Shown here piece after piece: positions 24,801 through 36,500 of a stretch of 64,000 bases of DNA; the stretch's first letter is position 1, and each line of letters opens with the position of its first letter. The translations under genes and the position numbers were made by a program. Source of the DNA: Phoronis australis (lineage: Eukaryota > Animalia > Phoronida). Under the pieces are notes generated by a model. The model did no database searches and had not been told where the DNA came from. It worked only from the letters and a program-made list of their open reading frames with translations. The DNA is taken from positions 72,441-136,440 of the forward strand of contig NMRA01000558.1 in NCBI GenBank assembly GCA_002633005.1, given 5' to 3'.

Positions 24801-27800
24801 AGTAAGCGTGTTGTGAACTGCTTAATAGACTGCGTTCGCACCTGTGACGTCATTGGTTAATTTCAACACTTCCGCCTGCCGTCAGGTGTCAGGTAAAAGA
24901 ACTGAACTTGTTATCGAGTGGAACTACTCGATCTAAATTGATACAAAATAGATTGTTTTGGGGTGTCATTCTCCTTTAAGTCATCATGCACTCAAGCACA
25001 CACTCATCTTGAGTTCACACAAAAGTAGAAAAAATTATCAAAATAATTTAAAGTTTGATGTCGAGTGAAAACATTAGACCCCCGGGCCTAAAATGTCAGA
25101 AAAATTTAAAATTTCGCCTTTGAATCCCCCAATTGGCCTGGTAGACTAAACAATCTATTTTATTATCACTAAAATTTGTTTGGTGTTCTGACTAGGTATA
25201 TTGTAATAGAGAAAAGGTTTAAGCGGCGAACTTTCACTTTGAAATTTGTATTCATTATTTGAAAATGTTGAAATTCAGAATAAATGTAAAAGAAAATCAT
25301 TGTCTGCTGTAATGCCTGTTTAATATGGGATACCATGAAATTGTAAGTCACCAAATTATGTGCGGTATAACCCGTGTGTGCAATCCAACGTGTTCCTTCA
25401 ACTCGAACGAGCCACACTGAGTCTTATCTTGACATCTACGTCTGCCTTTGGCGCAACAATCGATCACACAGTCCATCACGTGACAATGTACCCCATTCCA
25501 AGAAAGCCAATGTCGTATGTTCGAATCCGTCTTGGGTCTATTCTTAAATACACATCACTGTCGCCGATATTGTAACTTCAAATGAAAATAAAGCATAAGA
25601 ATGTGTTCTTATTTGTCTGACGTTGTGTATTTGATTTCACAATTGAAACTCGTCGGCTTGTTCCAGAGTCTATCACGGGAAGACGACAGGCGCACTCTAG
25701 ATTGTAAGTACTTTGACACCAAAAGCTGGTTCTGGTTTGTTTTGTTTTTTTTTTTTGAAATCGAACCATAGGTTCCTATATTTCAGTTGCTCAATTTTTC
25801 AAAAGGCAACCGACCTGAGACGAGCAAACATTTTAGTCTGTCAGCCCAGGTCTCGAAATGTGTCGGCGTACCAACCAGAACCTCTAATAGATTAAGTGAA
25901 AAGCTTAACTTGAGTGAGCGTCTAACAAAATGAACAACAACTGACAGTTCCTACAACAGATTAACTGAAAACGTCACATATTTCTGTCTGCTCAACTGTG
26001 AACCCATGTGCTCACCAGTGATCAAAAGATTCTGAGTTTGTTTTACTATTAAAGATGTTTTTCCTTTAATTTTACAGTGGATGATATAGTTATTCCCAAT
26101 GTAAGTATTTCAAACATAACATTTAACGTTGCCGGAACGGAGTTTGTCATGTGAGATGAATGAATTTCATATTAAACCGCATTTTTCGTATTTTATACAC
26201 CAGAACGCGATCTTTGATCCGAGTGCAAACAGACTCAAAGCCTCTTTTGCCAAACTCGGCTCTAGCAATGTTTCTTGATTAGCCTGGACTTAGATTAAAC
26301 GCCAGGACGCACCCTTAACATTAGAAAATACAAGTGTAGCACAATTCAGATAAATAGTAACATAGAATCAATACATGATATGCACAAGTATAAACATAAT
26401 TCACTGACATGATGATGACTTGTTTACATGATTCAGAACGTCATGTTGTTTGGTTACGAACAGAGTACCGTGCAAAAATGTTGATGAGCTTCTTTTCGGG
26501 TTACAGTCACGCCTGCGCAGTGGCACTCCAAATTACGCAAATGATTGGCCAAGTGGCGTCATTCCCTACGTGTACGATGCCAGTCTCAGTAAGTAAAACT
26601 CGTCAGACTATGGGGTGTTCTTACAATTTGAGGCCAAAATCTTGGAGAATGTATTGGTCCTGATGGCTGCACTTTATGCGTCCGTTGACTCAGCCGTGCC
26701 AAGGGGCTATGAAGTTGATGAGTTCCGGTTTACTAACCAATCAGAGTGAATCAAGTGCAGCTACTTTGTCGCAAGGATACTTACATTGCAGTCATTGCCT
26801 GTATTATTAGGACTTGTTGGTTGATTCTACATTTATCTTCGTTCTTTTATGATTTAAGAATCTATCTTTTACCCTTTCTTTAGCATCGCTTTAAGTGTAA
26901 CCCGCTAGTCATTCTTCTTCGCTCGTTTTCTTGTCTCTTCTTCCTCACAATCTCTTTTCTTTAGTCAGTACTAACGCCATCAGAAATATCCTTCGTTGTT
27001 CACTTACCGACCCGCTCATGCATGTACATTTGTGTACATGTAGCTCACGTCTGCGGCAAAGTGAATTGTGAGGATTTTGTCTCGCGAGACGGTGAGGCAA
27101 ATGTCTCACTGGAGCTCATTTCCGTGGAAGACTAAGCGTAAATCCTCTCAGCATGCAGACATGTGCACTGAGCTATTTCACCGGAGGAGGACGGCTCAAC
27201 TGCAGCTTCTTGTGTGCGCACGAACTACTCAAGTAACACCAGTGATGTTAACGTATCACAGTGAATTGAAATGCAATCTTGTTGTTCACGGCTCAGCCTC
27301 AGCCTACTATATGAGACTGAAAAGATTTCAAAATAATCATTCGACGTACCCGCATAGGTAATGAAACGTGTTGTGTCATCAGGCTAATTCTGATCATCAT
27401 ATTGGAAAACATTCGACTTTATACATGTACCGTCGAAGTTGCAGCCTCACATAGTTTCACTGCGCTGGCGTAGGGAGGTCCAATGCATTAAGAGAAACGT
27501 GGAAAAAATAAGACACATTAAATAGCATGACAAATTCTAATAGAACGAAAACGAGATTATAAGAGTGGCACTGTGTGTGAAAAGCGCGAAATTCAATGGA
27601 TATCTATGACATCTATAATTTACTGCTTCCTCAGTTTCTGAGGATATATTTTTTTGGTTATTGCTTCATTGTTGGATATTGAACTCTATGCATGAACCAT
27701 TTAGAAATAAGCACTTCAATAGAACCCTAGTTTGTTTGTGATAATTTGAAAGTCTAGAAAATACACGAAGGAACGTCACATTGTTTTGAAGAATTTTAGC

Positions 27801-30800
27801 ATCGTTTCCGCATAGTGCGTCAACTCATGGGATGGTTCGGAATTTTATTAGATCGAACTAATGTACAGTGTAAATCACTATTCTGCAGACGGTAATGATC
27901 GTGCGAAACTGCAAAGCGCTTTCGACCATTACCGACGGATCACGTGCATCAACTGGGTTCCAAGAAATGGTCAGAGCAGCTATGTGTTGATCAAGAAACC
28001 ACCAAACGGACTGTAAGTCAGAATGTTGGGTAAATTCGATTATCTTATTACTTCCTTTCACTTTCCTTGGGAGCAGTTCCTTTCACTGTTGACGCGTTTG
28101 AAGTGTTTAATTTTCTCATTCATTTGACAATCGTTTATCATGACCAAATAAACCGATTCTTGACTCACCAACAGCCTCCCAGTCCGCATTTGCGAGCATT
28201 GTTTCTTGAAATATTCTTCGATTACCTAACATAGATTTTTATTACCTGCAGATGTAACAGTTCCGTTGGTCGTGTTGGGAGTATGCAGGTTATGAACGTG
28301 GCCCAGTGGTGTCTCGACTCATTTCCGGCAATGTTGCACGAGATGATGCATGCTATCGGCTTTCACCACGAGCAGACCAGACCTGATCGAGATAGTCATT
28401 TGAATATTTACTGGGAAAACATTGATCCGAGTATGTGGATAGAATATGAGATGCGATTTTGGTATTGCTAAAAACTGACAGTCCGTTGTCATGGGGACCA
28501 TGTTGGTTGATTAAGATGACGTGTCGCAACAGGTTAAATTGTAGGGACTTATTTCAAGCACTAACGAACTATCTGAGCATTCTGTGCCTGTTCCAGAGAC
28601 GGAGTTAAGTTCATTTTTGACTCAACTTCCAAACTCTGAAACTTCCACATCCGTAAAAATTAAGATAAAACTGAAGTCAAAAACTTAAGTCAAACTTAAG
28701 ATCTCTTTCTTGAAACAGACTTTATACACATTTAAGTTTCATATTAAAACTGACTGAAATTTAAGATTTGTCTTAGTTAAGTCAGTTTTCTTGGAACAGG
28801 CCCCCGATTTTACTCCTATTTTGACCAAAGAAAATTTGCAAACCAATGTCATAACGGTGCGTTGTTTAAATCAATGCGTTGTCACAGAAGGTGGGTTTAT
28901 GGCCACTTCAAATACTGTACGTCATTAGAACGCTCGTATACAAGTAGTATTCGTGGGATTTTCATTTGTAAAATCTGGGTGTGGACCCTGCTTTAATTTT
29001 CTGTCAATGGGCGCGCATTGGATCTGACAATATCATCATTTCTCATGACCATGCTTCAAAAGTTTTTCTCAATTTCACGTACAGAGTAGACAGTATGGAG
29101 TTTTTAAAACATGCACACGGGTAAATCTATTTGCACTCCCTGTAAACTTTTCAAGTGAAATCTTGTAGGTATTAGACGTTTATTGTTTATGTTTATGTTT
29201 ACTTTTGTACGCATTCGATACAACTCTGTATTTTTTCCAGAACATAAAGGTTATTTCAGCATATTCAAGGGATCTTGGACCTATGGTACGAAATACGATT
29301 ACACCAGCGTCATGCACTATAACGCGTATGCTGGAAGTAAGAATCAGCGTATGACCATGACACCTAAAGATGGTACTGATCCCAATATACTGGGAAACGC
29401 AAAAGATTTGTCTGTTACGGACATATACCGAATCAAAGTCATGTATAATTGTGAAGGACTTAAACAATATGAACTGAGGATGGGATACAACCCAGGTAAA
29501 TGAAATGTGAAATTCTTACTTTCGAGCGGATGAATTTTTGATCGTATCAGGAACGCTTTTATTACAAGTGGTAGACCAAACAACTATTCATACTGTCAAA
29601 AAACTCATGGCATTCTGATGAGAAGCTTGGTCCAGGAATGACCATATGACGTCACCAAAGTGTCATTTTTCATTTATGTGTTGTTATTTCTGTCACAATC
29701 CGTTGTTGCTCTCCTTTACTGCCAGAGATGCATCGTAAATGTATTCTTCTATTCTTCAATTAGAACTGTTCAATTCTTCTAAGCCATTTTCACTGCATTT
29801 CATGAGTACCTCGTAGTTCTCCTGTTGAGTTACGGTTTTATTTGTGATGAATGCAAACATGTTCAATGATGTTTCCTGTTACGTGGCATAGCCGCACCAC
29901 AATCAGAAATGAACGTAGACGCGTCTGGCAAATGATATAAAAGTCTTATAATGTCTTACCGTACAGGACACATATTTTGGTACAGCTGGAAATTTCTGAC
30001 TCAGTTCTTTATTTTCCTTCAGATCCAAATTGTGTTGACAAAGATCCAAACTGTAATAAAATGGCACGCTACACGTATCCATCCCAGTGTGATACCAACA
30101 CTAGCTACATGGTGCATAACTGTGGACGGTCTTGTCAAGTGTGCGGTAAGTTGAATCCATTCCTTGCAAAATACATGTAAATGTGCCGTCCTGTTTTCGT
30201 CTACAGTTGTTGCAGACTCGAAGAAAGTTGTGTAACGAGGTTAAAATAATTCTTCTGGGTTGCTAGCAGTGAATTCAAGCTATATGGAAAGTTACGTGTT
30301 GGTTTATCGAATTTGAGAGAGACTCTTTTCAACCATAGGAACATGTAAACACAACGACTGTCCATCCTCCATTTTGTCCCACAAAAATGGTTTGGAACGA
30401 AAGTTTTAAGATGGTTTTACGATGTAATTCGGACAGTTGCAATACAAATCAACGATAATATAGATAACTAAAGAGGAATTGCTGGTCGCTGAAAAAAAGC
30501 GTGTAGTAGACCGAATTCACAAAAGTGTAGACGGGATAAACAATAATTTATTGTCCAGTATGTATGGACAAAAAAGCTAAACGTGAAATAAACTCGCCCT
30601 CATGACAGTTCACAATTATATTTCGTTTTGCTTTTATAACATCTAGTGTGAATAAAGCATATCTTTGGTATTGATATACTTAGTTTTGGGCTAGCATACA
30701 AGTGATAATATCCATTGGTAATGTTATCTCTCAAGTTCAGCACTTGGGCCGTGTAGTCGCCAGCATGCTAGAATCATCCGGAGCCATGTTTACCGATATT

Positions 30801-31318
30801 TCTTGAATTTTTCCGATTTTGGAAATGAACTATAGATTTTCTCACTATCCAACACCGCTCGCATTTTACGTCACGCGACTACAGCACTCTGTCCGATTAG
30901 TCGGTGACGATACTTCGATTGACACCTGGCGACTGCTTAGTTGTATCTTGAAACAAATGTCAAAATAGAACGGTGAATGGAAAATTCGGAGCTATCCCTG
31001 TCTTCCTATTTATTTGCTTAGTTGTACCCGGGTAATAACAGTGTATGTGAAAGCACTTGCGTTGCATCACATACACGGTTGCATACAGTTTACTAATAAT
31101 TTCATTTCCTTCCATAAGGGCCTAAGGTTGGATGCTACCGCGATATGCCAGGAGCGCACTTTGTCCCCAAGCCTTCCGCTAAGCACTGTAAGAGGTACTG
31201 TTACCTAAGAGGAGACCAGTATGCCGGCTTCAAGGGAGGCAACTCATGCGGCTGTTCCTCCAAACTTGGCAGTAAAGCGTGGTTTTGTCGCAACAATATC
31301 GAAGTATACTATGTCTAG
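21849..31318 (+). CDS. Astacin-like metalloendopeptidase 2 (signal-pro-astacin-ShK-WSC-like), 367 aa; exons 21849-21929, 25667-25703, 26078-26100, 26507-26588, 27889-28012, 28252-28430, 29241-29495, 30023-30145, 31119-31318
   Basis: GT-AG introns and a 1104-nt open frame. Motifs: signal MVNMPIHLYIGFLLISAKICLA, HEMMHAIGFHHEQTRPDRD, SVMHY, ShK and WSC-like exons. Exon 2 (SLSREDDRRTLD) is homologous to exon 2 of gene 3. AATAAA at 31407. The start could be the second ATG at 21858. Confidence 0.92.
22008..22049. repeat. Perfect 42-bp palindrome
   Basis: AACAACGTTGTATGAGAATTT|AAATTCTCATACAACGTTGTT is its own reverse complement. Confidence 0.9.
22408..22935. mobile_element. Non-autonomous element rich in cgaagcttcg/cgaaacttcg motifs (intron 1 of gene 2)
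   Basis: Approximate inverted termini ccactttcc...ggaaagcg(tgg) and many gaagcttcg/gaaacttcg repeats. A related inverted copy lies at 42645-43570. Confidence 0.55.
23617..23865 (+). pseudogene. THAP zinc-finger domain relic (intron 1 of gene 2)
   Basis: MVWCVVPASANYEAARKAGVSFFRFPREPEMQ*, then after a frameshift ...ISSTHFTDEC.... This matches THAP M..C.VP.C.N...GVSFFRFP.D and CS.HF..EC. Confidence 0.65.
28586..28801. mobile_element. MITE with gcctgttcca...tggaacaggc terminal inverted repeats
   Basis: Left gcctgttccagaga, right ttcttggaacaggc, with internal aaacttaag repeats. Confidence 0.6.
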
Positions 31319-31406
31319 GAATAGACGTTTACGTCAAATATCACAATTCTTTAACATAGTAGTCTGCGTATCCGTGCATTGAATGGAATGTTTATCGGAA
31401 AGAAAA

Positions 31407-31412
31407 AATAAA
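31407..31412 (+). terminator. Putative polyadenylation signal, astacin 2
   Basis: AATAAA about 89 nt after the stop codon. Confidence 0.6.
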
Positions 31413-31989
31413 ACAGAAATTTAAACCATCACGTTTAGAATTTTCAGTTGTGTAGCTTTTTGCAAGTGGATCAGAAAACCTTCATTGTGTATTTGAATGT
31501 AGTGCCAGCCATGTTATCAACTCAAGTGAAAGCGGGTTCAGTAAATAACGATAGGACCTACGCTAAGCCTCGCCAAATTCTAGCCAAAATGACGTTTTCA
31601 TTTAAAATAAACGGCGATATCTCACGTAATGGCGAAGTCTTATTGCTTTTTAGCGAGGTCCTATTCTTACTGATCTCTACCGTATTATTACCTGTGCTCC
31701 GTTCTGGGAGCATGACGTGTAGACCACTTATCACCATGGTGGAGAATGATTTCAGGCGATTAGCTGCGAGCTCTGTTGACAAATCCAAACAAAAAATAGT
31801 TCCTCTTCGTTACGGAAATGTCAGAACACTAATTCAGGTATTGAGCGACCTCAGCTTTGTCAATTGCTTAAAAGGATACCTGGCTTGATGATTAAAACCA
31901 GTCATCGTTCTGTCACCTGGTGTTGCAGCAATTGCCGTCAATTTTGGAAGATAAAAGCAGGAATCAACTAAAAACTCATACTCCCTATG

Positions 31990-32180
31990 ACACAGAATAG
32001 ATATTATGGTTCTTAGTGTGAGTGGTCTTTCCCACAGTTGTCGTGCATTTCGGTAAAAGCGTAGGTCACTCTTGCCCGTTTAGCAGACTTCCGAAGGAGT
32101 TTTCAAAATTTCCTCCAAAACTTTGAGGGTTGTCGAGGGTAACGGGACATTATTTTGTTTCATAGAATTGGATGGGAACG
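31990..32180 (+). other. Non-coding block homologous to 8420-8620 (upstream of astacin 3)
   Basis: Collinear similarity, see the 8420-8620 entry. Confidence 0.6.
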
Positions 32181-33589
32181 TTGTTATTAATACCTAGATT
32201 TACACTGTATTAATAGGCCGAAACTGGGTGTGGTATACGTTTCAACAAACTAAGTTCGATAACATTTATTCACAAGAAACACAGCGATCCTGATTGCAAT
32301 GATTAAAAGAAACGTGTATGTGGCAGTCCCGTAATTTCGAGTCATGACATTAACCGCAGTAAAGGTACTGCCATCCACGTCACTTTTGGGTTTTTATCCT
32401 TCTTCAGTCCAGAGCGCTGTTGTGAACATGCAGAATAAAACTTCATTCTACTCCGTCTGTATACTTTCTAAACGAAGGACGTTTGCACAAAATACATGAC
32501 GGTGAAGCTCAATTCCGTGAATACCGGCCACTTTTTTGCTGAGTCACACAACAAATTCTCGTAATCTGCCATTCAGTTTCAAAGAGCAGTAATTTCTAGA
32601 AGTTTGAACTAACACTATATTTGATAAATCTGTTATTTGATCATTCTTCCACATTTGCTCAACATTGCATCGTTTGAGCAGTAATTACACGTAGCTACAC
32701 CTAAAACACGTTTAAAAAATACATGTATATACACTCTTCGAGAGCCAATTAAATTCTTGAAAGCCCATAGTTCGGCTCCATAACACTGTCAGGGAAACTT
32801 ATTTTATCAAATATCTCGAAGGCCACACGTGGTCGAAACATTGATAACATTCCTTGTGCTTCATCCACAGTAATGGCAACTTTTAATCATAGCTGGGCTG
32901 ACAAGTTGTGAGTAACCGTGGTGCGCAATTATTTGGAGTGAACACGAAACCAACATATTTATAGTTGGAAACACTTCGATTTTTCCACTTTCAAAATAGC
33001 ACCACTCTTAATTTCTCGTATTTCAGCAGCAGCCATGCTCGTGTAGGGGTCTAGAGTATGGTGTCAGTAAGTGTACGCACACGTAGGTGATAAGTAAGTG
33101 TTGTGTGAACCGCACTGTAGTTTTGCAGGTGGAGATAACAGTATGTATGGCAGTGCCCCAAAAGGGGATTAGTTCACGAGAGCCTCTCTACCCCGGGGTA
33201 ATCTCGATCAATTGAAAAAAGACAAAATCAACCCGCGGGTCGCACTAAGCCAAACCTTAAGCCAGTGAGAGCCATCTCCAAAAAAACTCGCTTACGCAGA
33301 GTTGATTGAGCTCAAAATTATGAGAACACTCAATAGACTTGTCCTGCAGACTCAACATTACCTCTCTGTCCTTACTTACTTCAATCGCACAAATAAATTG
33401 CATTGCCGTTAAATTCACTCATTTTCGCTTCGACTTTTATCTACCTTGCAATTCCACATTCAATAGAGTTGCGTGGCACCCCCACACCCCCGTTTCGTCG
33501 GTACACGGGCCATTGGGAACGGAAAGGCGTGTTCCTTCAATTCGGTCGCCTAGCGTCGTATTGTAAAGAGATCACAGCCTGGAGTTAGT

Positions 33590-36500
33590 ATGCTCGTATA
33601 TATTGGCTTCTTGTCGATCGCTGCCCAGGTCAGCCTGGCTGTTCCTTTGCATCAGGTAATTGTTGACGATGTTCTGTCAGTGCTATAATACTCTTTAGAT
33701 TTTGCTTGAATTAACTTTGACTTAAAAAGTTGCGAATATAAAAATAATAAATCCTTTGTTGTTGTAATGAGTATTTTTGTTCTTTATGACCATAAAGTTT
33801 GTTTCAAAATTTATATTAATTATTTTTGGATTTACTTTCCAGGCTCTAACATTTGAAGTCGACAGGCACACTTTAAGTTGTAAGTATGCTAAAATGGTTT
33901 TATTTCTAAGTTGAGCTTGCATCGAGACAAATTTAAAATAACTCGCAAAGCACAATACATGTAGTTGAATGTTTTATACAATCCACTTGGATCATGTGCA
34001 ACTCCTAAGCTTAAGAATAGGTTCAAGGTGTGTACTACATGTAAATAAATTTAATTGTTATTTGTTAATGGTCTTTATTTATTTTTTACAGTGGACGATG
34101 TAGTTATTCCGAAAGTAAGTATGTCATCATTGTTTTAACTAGTTAGCCTAGTAAATTTAGGGCGTACCACAGTTGGTTATGAAAAATAATAGTATAAAGT
34201 GTTAAAACGCAGTGCAGTCAGTAACAAGTTGCAATCATGTACATGTACCAAAACATTTAAATAATACCGGAGCGGTCTGGAGACATCCCTCTAGATGTCT
34301 TGTGGGTGCTAACAAAATATTTGGTATACGGTGTTTTACTGTCGTTTGGTTACAAAGGTTTACTGGGCAAATGTACATGCACGCAGACACCGAACTTCTT
34401 TATTCCATTTCGATAGACACGCCTGCGCAGTGGTACTCCAAACTACGCAAATGATTGGCCAGGGGCCGTCATTCCGTACGTGTACGATGGCAGTCTCAGT
34501 AAGTAGAAAATGGGTCACAGGCGCATTCTCACAAGTTGTACAGTCTATTCTGCAACTTGCAGCAAAGAAAAACATATCTGTGTCTGCACATCTCCCCACT
34601 CTGATCTCCCTAGCCCTCTTTTCGCCGTTTCTGTTTTTTTTACGTCGTTTTGTTTCTTCTTCTTGCTCGTTTGCTTGTCTCTTCTTTCCCCAATCTTTTT
34701 GAACGGTTTGAAATGCGCAAATCCTAATACATTATGCATATTACGCCGTGGGTTGATGCATGTGTCCTGTTGGCAAGCACCCTCTAGTCAATGGTTTAAA
34801 CTAGACAGTATGCTTGTACCGTTGAACGCCTTAATGTTAATAACTCAATTCTACCCTCGATAATACTGGTAATTTTTAAATTAATCGAAATCGAATTGTA
34901 GGTCGTTAATTACTAATTTGATACTAGACGTGTACGCAGATACCTTGCTCTGTATTGGAAGTACGTGTCACCTCTTTAAAAAACCGATTTGCTTCATTTC
35001 TATCTAGCGTAGTGTATCCAGGCATGGAATGCTTTAGAGGTCGCTAAGCATTTGTTCTCTTCTCTTCTGCAGACGGTAATGATCGGGCAAAACTACAAAG
35101 GGCTTTTGACCATTACCGACGAATCACGTGCATCAACTGGGTTCCTAGGGCCAACCAAAGGAGTTATGTGTTGATCAAGAAACCGTCAAATGGAGCGTAC
35201 GTTTTAGTTCGAAAACTGGTTGTAAGTCAGAAAATCTTACGAGATGTCATTGCTCATTGAATGGTCTTCATTGCTACACATTCTCACTGTGAACAGTTGC
35301 GTTCGCATGGATGATTCAGTGATGGTGTCCCACCCAATCTTTCAAAGTTATATTATTCACCAAGTTCTACGTGGCCCAAACAGTGCCCCTTCAAAAATGG
35401 CATCAAGCTAGTCAAGAATTGTTCTTCTGTTGCTGCGTGTCTGTGGTTATAATAACAAATCGATGGACAGGCACACCAATTGGCATCAGGTCCTCAACAC
35501 CGACTCTTTTTGGCAGGAGGCAGGTTTAAGGTAGTTAAAACTGCTATGAACCAAAATAGTTTTCGGTTTAGGTCACTTACTGGCCTCATTTAGTTCCTTA
35601 CACAGGTTATTGATTTTTGGCCTCGATGAAAACTGACAGATTTTTGTTGTTTGTACTGAGATTCACCCTGCTAATCATTTAATGGGCTCACCATGACGTC
35701 ATGCAACAGTGGAGTCCTTCTCAAAGTCAGAAATCATTTTGAGTAAGGAACAAGTTCAGACCGGTTTTACGAAGGTTAGCAGCTAAAATCAAAAGTTGAA
35801 TTTTTGACAGCTTTAATGTACAAAGCCTGTTACCCATGATTCCTGATGACACCCATAGGCCATCTACAGGTCGTCGCAGATCTGCAGCCTCTTTAATAAG
35901 GAAGTTGACAAAAATGCTTTTTTCTGATTGAGTTTATTTAAGCATTGCTTGGTAACGATTTATTTGATCTGCAGGTGCAACATTGCAGTTGGTCGCGTTG
36001 GGGGTATGCAAATTTTGAACGTGGCTCAGTGGTGCCTCGATTCATTTCCGGCAATGTTGCACGAGATGATGCATGTTATCGGCTTTCACCACGAGCAGAC
36101 CAGACCTGACCGAGATAGCCATTTGAACATTTACTGGGAAAATGTTGATCCGAGTAGGTGGGCTTAATTGTGCATCTTGTGGAGTGCATATTTTAATAAA
36201 GATGCGTTTTACAACTGCTTAGATGGTAAATTTTGATTTTTTAATCAAAGTGCTTTGGGTTTAAGAACATTACCTACACTCGTGTGTTTATTGAAGTACT
36301 CATATCATTGATTTCTTATTTGGGTTTTACAATCGTATTTCTAATGTATGAATTGTAAATAACAATTATCGTCTCATATTGTCAATTCCTTTCGTGTTTT
36401 ATGTTGTATTCTAATGTACGGTGGTCTTCAGTGAAGCGTCTTTAGCCTTTAAGGTTTTCCGGCTTTTATAGACATGTACATATACATATACCTATACATA

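Noticed and set aside
31448-31888. 146-aa ORF with a hydrophobic stretch as first exon of gene 3
   Set aside because: A better, paralog-matching signal exon (MLVYIGF...VSLAVPLHQ) is at 33590-33655, and no domain is recognisable in this ORF.
33027-33066. 40-nt candidate coding exon (QQPCSCRGLEYGV)
   Set aside because: It is upstream of the gene 3 start codon and not homologous to paralog exons. At most it is a UTR exon.
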